A stretch of DNA of 64,000 nucleotides from a virus (lineage: Duplodnaviria > Caudoviricetes): the IMG/VR virus record IMGVR_UViG_3300029305_012082, positions 1 to 64,000 of that record. The stretch is one strand, 5' to 3'. Positions 58,050-64,000 of this stretch are shown piece by piece. How positions within the stretch are numbered: position 1 is the first letter of the stretch; every line of letters starts with the position of its first letter. A model generated the notes under the pieces. It saw nothing but the letters and a program-made list of their open reading frames with translations, was not told where the DNA came from and made no database searches. The translations under genes were made by a program, and so were the position numbers.

Positions 58050-58721
58050 GTGGCATATATCGACCATGAAAGATTTCTTGATCTCAAAAAGCGAGTACGA
58101 GAAGAATGCCTCAAAAGGTGCTACACTGGATCGGTGCTGATGTATGGAAGTCAAGACTTTGACTTTGAAAACCAACCTGCGGAAGGAAATCTGATTCTTG
58201 GGGAGCATTATGAGAAAATTGCAACCCCCCTCGCTGCGATCAATTCTGACCTAGTTCCAGATTTAGATCCCAAACGAATTGTCTCCGAAGAAGAACTCGC
58301 TATGTTGGAGGCGGCAGTAACTACATTTGAGGCAGAGTCGAAAGCAAGGACAACTCCGGGTGAATGCAAATCGTCCTGCACCGGAACCTGTTATACAGAA
58401 TGCTCCGCATCATGTACCGGAAGTTGTGGTGGAAACTGTTCCGGTGGTTGTCTTACAAGCTGCAATGGGTGCGACGGATGTAGTGGCAGCTGCACCAACG
58501 TATGTTCTGGATGCACAAGTACATGCAAAACGCACTGTACTGGAGGATGCAGCGGTTCCTGCAAGGAGACCTGCACTGTTTCTTGTGGATTTAGGGGTTG
58601 CTCCGGAAGCTGTAGAAATCATTGCTACAATGGTTGCGTTTCTTCTTGCGGTGGAGGCTGCTCAACTTGTGGCAGCAACTGTTCGGGCGTTAGTCTAGTA
58701 GGAACGCAAAGCAGTCATTAA
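58050..58721 (+). CDS. Cys-rich CXXX-repeat protein (putative radical SAM substrate)
   Basis: 28 Cys spaced mostly every 4 residues in the C-terminal half. Confidence 0.85.
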   Translation: MAYIDHERFLDLKKRVREECLKRCYTGSVLMYGSQDFDFENQPAEGNLILGEHYEKIATPLAAINSDLVPDLDPKRIVSEEELAMLEAAVTTFEAESKARTTPGECKSSCTGTCYTECSASCTGSCGGNCSGGCLTSCNGCDGCSGSCTNVCSGCTSTCKTHCTGGCSGSCKETCTVSCGFRGCSGSCRNHCYNGCVSSCGGGCSTCGSNCSGVSLVGTQSSH

Positions 58722-58732
58722 GAGGTGACAAC

Positions 58733-59281
58733 ATGAATATTGCATCAAAGTTTGATATAGCTGCCTTGAACCTTTTCGTGGCAGCAAGTGAGGGAACTGT
58801 TTCTACGGAACATAGAATGGAAATTTTCGAAAGCGTTGCTGGCGATCTTGACCTTATGGTCGAGGCCCTTAATGCGTTGATCGTCGGACACAATGCTAGA
58901 GTGTACTCTGGAACGCTTTCTGCGGAGAAGGCTTTTAAGTCCATTAAAGCAGAATACAAAGCAATTGGTTTTGGAGAAATTGTTCCTTTCGATTGCATGG
59001 AAGGTCCTCTTGAGATGCTTTATTATAGAAAAAGCTCAGATGAAATAGATATGGACCACATGTTCGAGATCATCCAGAAGATGTTCCAAAAAAATGAAAC
59101 CTGTCCCAACGAGAGAATTAAGTGTGGCGTATATCAGCTTGCGCTGAGAACAATTACGCACTACAACCTCGTAGCAAAGGACATAAGTTTCTCCAGACAA
59201 GTCATCGATAAAGTAAATTCCTACACACAGGAACAAAAAGATTCCGCTCTTTTGCCCCCTGCCATTGTGACAGAACTGTAG
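58733..59281 (+). CDS. Hypothetical protein
   Basis: GAGGTG RBS. Confidence 0.65.
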   Translation: MNIASKFDIAALNLFVAASEGTVSTEHRMEIFESVAGDLDLMVEALNALIVGHNARVYSGTLSAEKAFKSIKAEYKAIGFGEIVPFDCMEGPLEMLYYRKSSDEIDMDHMFEIIQKMFQKNETCPNERIKCGVYQLALRTITHYNLVAKDISFSRQVIDKVNSYTQEQKDSALLPPAIVTEL

Positions 59282-59291
59282 GAGGTATTCT

Positions 59292-59615
59292 ATGGCTATT
59301 GAAAAAATCACAGATAAGCCGGTGGCTGCATCGGCTGAATTGGCAGATCATATTTTGATCGTCATAGACGGAAAGCTCCGAAGGGCTACTGTTGAAACAC
59401 TGGCGGATATTTTGGTGGAAGGGCATATAGTCAAAATCAACGCTGATGTTACTTCTGCCGTCAATGAAGCGACAGAGCTTGCTGATAGAATTAGAACATC
59501 GCTGGATAACGGGGAATTCAACGGAACGCCCGGTGCTGCAGGAATTTATATCGGCAAGGACGAACCGACAGATCCTCACCATCCCGTATGGCTGTACTAT
59601 GATCCCGAAGCATGA
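59292..59615 (+). CDS. Tail-associated hypothetical protein
   Basis: GEFNGTPG, YIGKDEP...VW motifs. Confidence 0.6.
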   Translation: MAIEKITDKPVAASAELADHILIVIDGKLRRATVETLADILVEGHIVKINADVTSAVNEATELADRIRTSLDNGEFNGTPGAAGIYIGKDEPTDPHHPVWLYYDPEA

Positions 59616-59656
59616 TTTGCAAGGATTAGAGAATCCCAAATAAAGGAGTACGGAAC

Positions 59657-60616
59657 ATGGATAAACAGTATGCGAGAAAAAGATCTCCCGTTACAATCGG
59701 AAGGCATGGCGAAAACAAAGCAAGGCAGATTCTGTTCGATATCTCGCGCTGGAAAAAGCTCTACGGGTCTGGAACCGTAGCTCTTTTGCACAGGAGATGT
59801 GGAGACATCGAAGCATATCCTTGTCTCATCGAAATTGACGGAAACTTTGTTGTCTGGACGATCATGGAATCTGACCTTGCCAAAGTTGGACAAGGTCAAT
59901 GCGAACTCCAGTATCTTAAAGGCGAAACGGTCGTCAAATCTGAGGTCTGGGTCACAAAAGTAAATAAATCCCTCACACACTGCGGAAACAGCTGCGATAA
60001 CCCCCAAGACAGCTGGGTGACAAAAGTATTGCAGGCAGGTGCAGCTGTCCTTGAGGCGCAAATGCACCCTCCGATGATTGGAGACAACGGGAACTGGTTG
60101 GTTTGGTCATCCGAGGAAAGCGCATACAAGGACACAGGAATTTCTGCCGGCGGATACAACGATGCAGATAAACTGGATGTAGATCAAGGCGTAGAAAATT
60201 TCGGGAAAGCCATGGTGGTCGGACCAGACGGGCGATTGGTTCCGGCTTATGTGTCTCCCGTCATTTCTGAAGAGCCTCCGGACGATCTTAATGTCGGGGC
60301 ATACATCGACCCGAGAGAGGATTATGAGGAAGAAGAAGGTGTCCCTGTCGCTTCTGGTGGAAGCGTCAGATACGACAACCCTCAAAATCTATCCGAAGAT
60401 CAGAAAAGACAAGCCAGAGAGAATATCGGAGCTTTTGCCTCAAGCCAAGGCGAAGAAAACGCCGAAAAACTCCTGTTTGTAGACAAGAACGGCATTGTCT
60501 CTGTACTAGCCATTGGAGCAGGGCTTGCGATAGTAGGAGGAAAGCTTACTCTTGCAACGCTCGCTACAACAACAGCCATACTGGGCACAGCGAAGCTCGG
60601 AGAAATGATCCTTTAG
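59657..60616 (+). CDS. Tail fibre/BppU-like protein
   Basis: IGRHGEN, G.GQCELQ, P.IGDNGNW...Y.DTG. Confidence 0.65.
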   Translation: MDKQYARKRSPVTIGRHGENKARQILFDISRWKKLYGSGTVALLHRRCGDIEAYPCLIEIDGNFVVWTIMESDLAKVGQGQCELQYLKGETVVKSEVWVTKVNKSLTHCGNSCDNPQDSWVTKVLQAGAAVLEAQMHPPMIGDNGNWLVWSSEESAYKDTGISAGGYNDADKLDVDQGVENFGKAMVVGPDGRLVPAYVSPVISEEPPDDLNVGAYIDPREDYEEEEGVPVASGGSVRYDNPQNLSEDQKRQARENIGAFASSQGEENAEKLLFVDKNGIVSVLAIGAGLAIVGGKLTLATLATTTAILGTAKLGEMIL

Positions 60617-60630
60617 GAAGGAGGATTTAC

Positions 60631-61131
60631 ATGAGCTACAAAAAACATATTTTTGCAGACGGGCATATACTAAAAGCCGAACATCTCAATGCCATGGAAG
60701 ATCAGATCGCCCAGAACGAATCCAACAATGGCAACTTGGCTGACCTTTCCACAGACTCCAAATCATCCACTGTTTCGGCGATCAATGAACTTAATTCAAA
60801 AAAGGCAAATGCACCAACCAAGGCAGCGGTTGGACAGATACTTGTCGTAAAATCGGTCGACTCAGAAGGACATCCAACAGAGTTTGAGACTATCGCACTT
60901 CCTCAATGTGATTTTGGAGAAGAAGCAAAGATACTGTTGGTGGATATTCTTGGAAGCGCAAAATTTGAATCAGACCAAACATCCAACATTTCTGCTCTGG
61001 CAGAGGCGTTGGGTGTTGTTTTTTCACCTGAGCTTCCTGAAGAAAATGGCGTAGAAAAGGTCGACGAGACGCTGGTTATCACTGACAATGTCGACGCAGT
61101 ACAAGATGGAAACACACTGGTAATATCTTGA
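60631..61131 (+). CDS. Tail fibre-associated protein
   Basis: AEHLNAMEDQI, GNLADLST..K...VSAINEL. Confidence 0.6.
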   Translation: MSYKKHIFADGHILKAEHLNAMEDQIAQNESNNGNLADLSTDSKSSTVSAINELNSKKANAPTKAAVGQILVVKSVDSEGHPTEFETIALPQCDFGEEAKILLVDILGSAKFESDQTSNISALAEALGVVFSPELPEENGVEKVDETLVITDNVDAVQDGNTLVIS

Positions 61132-61144
61132 GAGGAGTGAATTT

Positions 61145-62554
61145 ATGAGCAAAGACGTATTGATCGGCGAACAGACGTATTCAGGAATAACAGACGTGCA
61201 GCTTAAAACCACAACTGGTCAAGCCGCCACGTTCAAAGATGTTGACGAGATCGTCACACCGAGCGGTGAAAAGGAAATCACAGCAAACGGCACATACGAT
61301 ATCACGGGATATGCCAGCGTGGTCGTAAATATTCCGACGGAGGGTGAAGCAATGACGATTAACACAGAAGCAAGCACAACATTTGAACTTGCAAATGGCA
61401 CCGAATTCAGACGGGGAGAGGTAGCGGAACTTGTTCTTACAATCCCCGAGGAACTCCCCACAGCTTTTAGCTGTCAAGTTGCATTTACAAGTGGTGAAAA
61501 CGCAACTAGCATTACAATGCCCACAGATGTCGTAATGCAAGGCGAATCTGTGTCCAATGGAGTTTTCACACCCAAGGCCCATTATCGATATGGTCTCATG
61601 TTCTGGTACGACGGCGAAATCGTGTGGTGTGTCATTTGTGCCGCAGCTCTGGAAGGAGCAGAAGACAATCCTGACGAAGGCGGCAGCGGAGATAATACCG
61701 GAGATGACACCGGCGATACTGGAAATACCGGAGGTTCTGGATCTGGCGGCGAAGATGATAACACCGAGATGACTGGTAGCGGAACGGAGTCTGATCCGTA
61801 CATGATTGCAACTGCAGCACAGTTCGTTGCACTTGGAGAAGAAGTTGATGCCGGCGATACGAAGAGTGGAGTTTATTACGCCGTTGCAAACGACCTCGAT
61901 TTGGATGGCATCGAATGGAACCCCATTGGCGCAAACTATAAGAATACCAACAGTGACACCGACAATAGCGGTAGCTTTGCCGGTACGATTGATGGTCGTG
62001 GTCACGTCATCCGCAATATCAGCATAAACGGCATGCAGTATGCAGGTCTGTTTGGCTCGAACTTTGCCGGTACAGTAATGAACCTTGGACTTGAAGGTGG
62101 CTCCATCAGCACGACTTATGCAAGTTCCACTTGCGGTGCCATTGCACGCAAGGGTTCCGGCAAGATCGTAAATTGCTACGCACGAGTTCCCGGTCAAGCT
62201 GTTACTCGTTCGTCCGGTATCATTGATGAGATCGAAGCTGGCGGCATGGTCCTTGGCTGTTACCAAGCTGCAGCTATCAACAACGGAAATGGCTATGCGA
62301 TCAAGTCTGCTACTACAACAACCGGAACAATTAAGTATTGCCTGTGGGATAGCACATTGACAGAAAAGGGTATTGCCGGGACTTCTTCTTCTGATTCCAA
62401 CAATAACGGTATTACAACCGCAGAGTTTGCAACAGCTCATACAACCCTCAATAATAATCTTTCCGCTGTTGCTGCTGCGGCCGGAATCGATGTTGCCAAG
62501 CTGTGTGCTTGGGAGGCTGGTTCTGACGGTTATCCCAGACTGGTGGTGGCGTGA
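61145..62554 (+). CDS. Putative receptor-binding/fibre protein with a GLUG-like beta domain
   Basis: GSGTESDPYMIATA, WNPIG, FAGTIDGRGH.I.N, AGLFG. Confidence 0.65.
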   Translation: MSKDVLIGEQTYSGITDVQLKTTTGQAATFKDVDEIVTPSGEKEITANGTYDITGYASVVVNIPTEGEAMTINTEASTTFELANGTEFRRGEVAELVLTIPEELPTAFSCQVAFTSGENATSITMPTDVVMQGESVSNGVFTPKAHYRYGLMFWYDGEIVWCVICAAALEGAEDNPDEGGSGDNTGDDTGDTGNTGGSGSGGEDDNTEMTGSGTESDPYMIATAAQFVALGEEVDAGDTKSGVYYAVANDLDLDGIEWNPIGANYKNTNSDTDNSGSFAGTIDGRGHVIRNISINGMQYAGLFGSNFAGTVMNLGLEGGSISTTYASSTCGAIARKGSGKIVNCYARVPGQAVTRSSGIIDEIEAGGMVLGCYQAAAINNGNGYAIKSATTTTGTIKYCLWDSTLTEKGIAGTSSSDSNNNGITTAEFATAHTTLNNNLSAVAAAAGIDVAKLCAWEAGSDGYPRLVVA

Positions 62555-63486
62555 TGAGTCTTACGATGAGACGATTTGCTGCAATTGCTCAACTATCGTC
62601 AGGTAGTGCAGTTGCGCCTGTTCTTCGGTACAAGCTCGGAATTATATCGGACTCTCACTCTGGATACACAAATGCAGTTCCGCATTTAACGGCAACCTTG
62701 AATACGCTTCATAATCGTGGGGCGCAAGAAATCGTCACTTGCGGAGATAGTGCTGTAAATGGTACTCAGGCAGAATGGGAGCAGTATATCAGCACAATCG
62801 AATCGTCCCCGTACAAGAGAACTCAAGTTCATGAGTGCAATGGCAACCACGATGGTGCCGCCCCCGATCTGACCACGTTTAAGCAGTATTCAAACAATGG
62901 AGCTTTGGTGGGAAAAGATCCGTACTTTGCGATCGACCTGTTTGGAGATCGTTTCATTTTCTTGGCTTTCGATGTTGGAACGTCTCCCAGCGGTGGAAAC
63001 TGCTTCTCAACAGCACAGCTTGATTGGCTTGAAGAAGAGCTTCAGGAGCACTACGGCAAAGGGAAGAATGTGTGGATCATTGAACACTCTCTTTTCTATG
63101 GTTGGGGTGCTGGTGATATTATTTCCGCCCCTAGATACCCAAGAGCCTTGTCCCTTTCCTTTGATAGCCATATCCGCCTGAAATCCATTTTGGAAGCACA
63201 TCCCAAGCTTATCTTCCTCCACGGACATACGCATATTAGGCTTGAAGATGTTTCCGAAGGACTCGTTGCCCATGCACTTCCTGCGGATGCCGGATGCAAT
63301 CAGATTCACGTCCCTGCTGTTACCGCAGGTAAGTTTATTGGAGGCAGCGGCGAACCCTCGGCGGATTTTAGTATGGACCCGGAATGCTGGTACTGCGAAG
63401 TTTACACAAACAAGATTGTTTTCATCGGTCTTAACGGCAATACTGGTGAAGAAATAGCAAACGTTTCTCATACTATTGCAGTCTAA
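62551..63486 (+). CDS. Calcineurin-like metallophosphoesterase
   Basis: DSH, GD, GNHD, H, GHTH motifs. Confidence 0.88.
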   Translation: MMSLTMRRFAAIAQLSSGSAVAPVLRYKLGIISDSHSGYTNAVPHLTATLNTLHNRGAQEIVTCGDSAVNGTQAEWEQYISTIESSPYKRTQVHECNGNHDGAAPDLTTFKQYSNNGALVGKDPYFAIDLFGDRFIFLAFDVGTSPSGGNCFSTAQLDWLEEELQEHYGKGKNVWIIEHSLFYGWGAGDIISAPRYPRALSLSFDSHIRLKSILEAHPKLIFLHGHTHIRLEDVSEGLVAHALPADAGCNQIHVPAVTAGKFIGGSGEPSADFSMDPECWYCEVYTNKIVFIGLNGNTGEEIANVSHTIAV

Positions 63487-63512
63487 GAGAAGCGAAGAGT
63501 TGAGGTGTGAAA

Positions 63513-64000
63513 ATGGCAAGATATTACGTTCGAAATCCCGACAATCCTCAGGAGTGGCTGCTTGTAGGTGGTAACGCCAAAGGGGCTGTCCTGTACAACA
63601 GACCTCAAACTCTTAGCGAAGAAGCAAAGAGCGTTGCAAGAGACAATATTGGCTCAGCTTCCAAGGCAATCGTCGGCGATCTTAAAAAACTCAACACTTC
63701 GTCAAAGAACGATTTGGTCGAAGCCATAAACGAAATTCTCAGACTTGTTGGAACAGGAGTCGGAGGAACTGTTGATCCGGAACAGATCGAAAGAATTGTC
63801 GAGGATTATTTAGAAAATAATCCGCCCGAAGATGGTCAGGATGGTATTTCTGCAACGCATAGTTGGGAAGGTACTGTCCTGACCATGACAAGTGCAAGCG
63901 GCACATCGAAGGTAGATCTTCAAGGCCCCAAAGGGGATGACGGAATATCACCGCACATCTACCTCGAACAGATCGATGGCGGACATAGAATCACCATTGA
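63513..64000 (+). CDS. Tail fibre-like protein, partial (runs off the window)
   Basis: ATG after GAGGTG; MARYYVRNP...QTLSEEAKSVARDNIG...LVEAINEI...QGPKGDDGISP, open to the window end. Confidence 0.65.
   Translation, partial: MARYYVRNPDNPQEWLLVGGNAKGAVLYNRPQTLSEEAKSVARDNIGSASKAIVGDLKKLNTSSKNDLVEAINEILRLVGTGVGGTVDPEQIERIVEDYLENNPPEDGQDGISATHSWEGTVLTMTSASGTSKVDLQGPKGDDGISPHIYLEQIDGGHRITI

Larger units (their letters stand above)
1..64000. mobile_element. Temperate myovirus-type prophage (att sites and lysis module not in window)
   Basis: Continuous phage gene order: integrase, repressor/Cro, replication, terminase, portal, capsid, sheath/tube, tape measure, baseplate, fibres. Confidence 0.97.

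Noticed and set aside
55352-64000. Diversity-generating retroelement or invertible tail-fibre shufflon
   Set aside because: No reverse transcriptase, invertase or template/variable repeat pair is visible in the window.

Overview
The window is the left ~64 kb of a temperate contractile-tailed (myovirus-type) prophage, probably from a Bacillota/Clostridia host. Module order is: large serine integrase; CI/Cro switch with TTACCGATCGGTAA operators; recombination and replication genes; a long accessory early operon; a DinJ-YafQ toxin-antitoxin pair; a ParB/sugar-tailoring/glycosyltransferase cluster; terminase; a portal fused to Nudix, ADP-ribosyltransferase and a putative toxin domain, followed by immunity genes; a tRNA cluster; head, tail and baseplate genes; a radical SAM/CXXX-repeat cassette; and tail-fibre genes running off the right end. 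The standout element is at 15189-16569. A stand-alone Cas7/RAMP-like gene is followed by a non-coding array of GGY-NN pentamers, split into three units by AACA, and then an accessory gene. This is a candidate RNA-guided system whose variable NN dinucleotides may spell a gapped target. Other highlights are the portal polyprotein toxin-immunity locus, a likely DNA glycosylation cluster, the radical SAM cassette in the tail region, a duplicated iteron/origin-like element, aberrant tRNA-like genes and an in-frame TAG in the terminase large subunit. All family assignments come from motif recognition by eye; no database searches were run.
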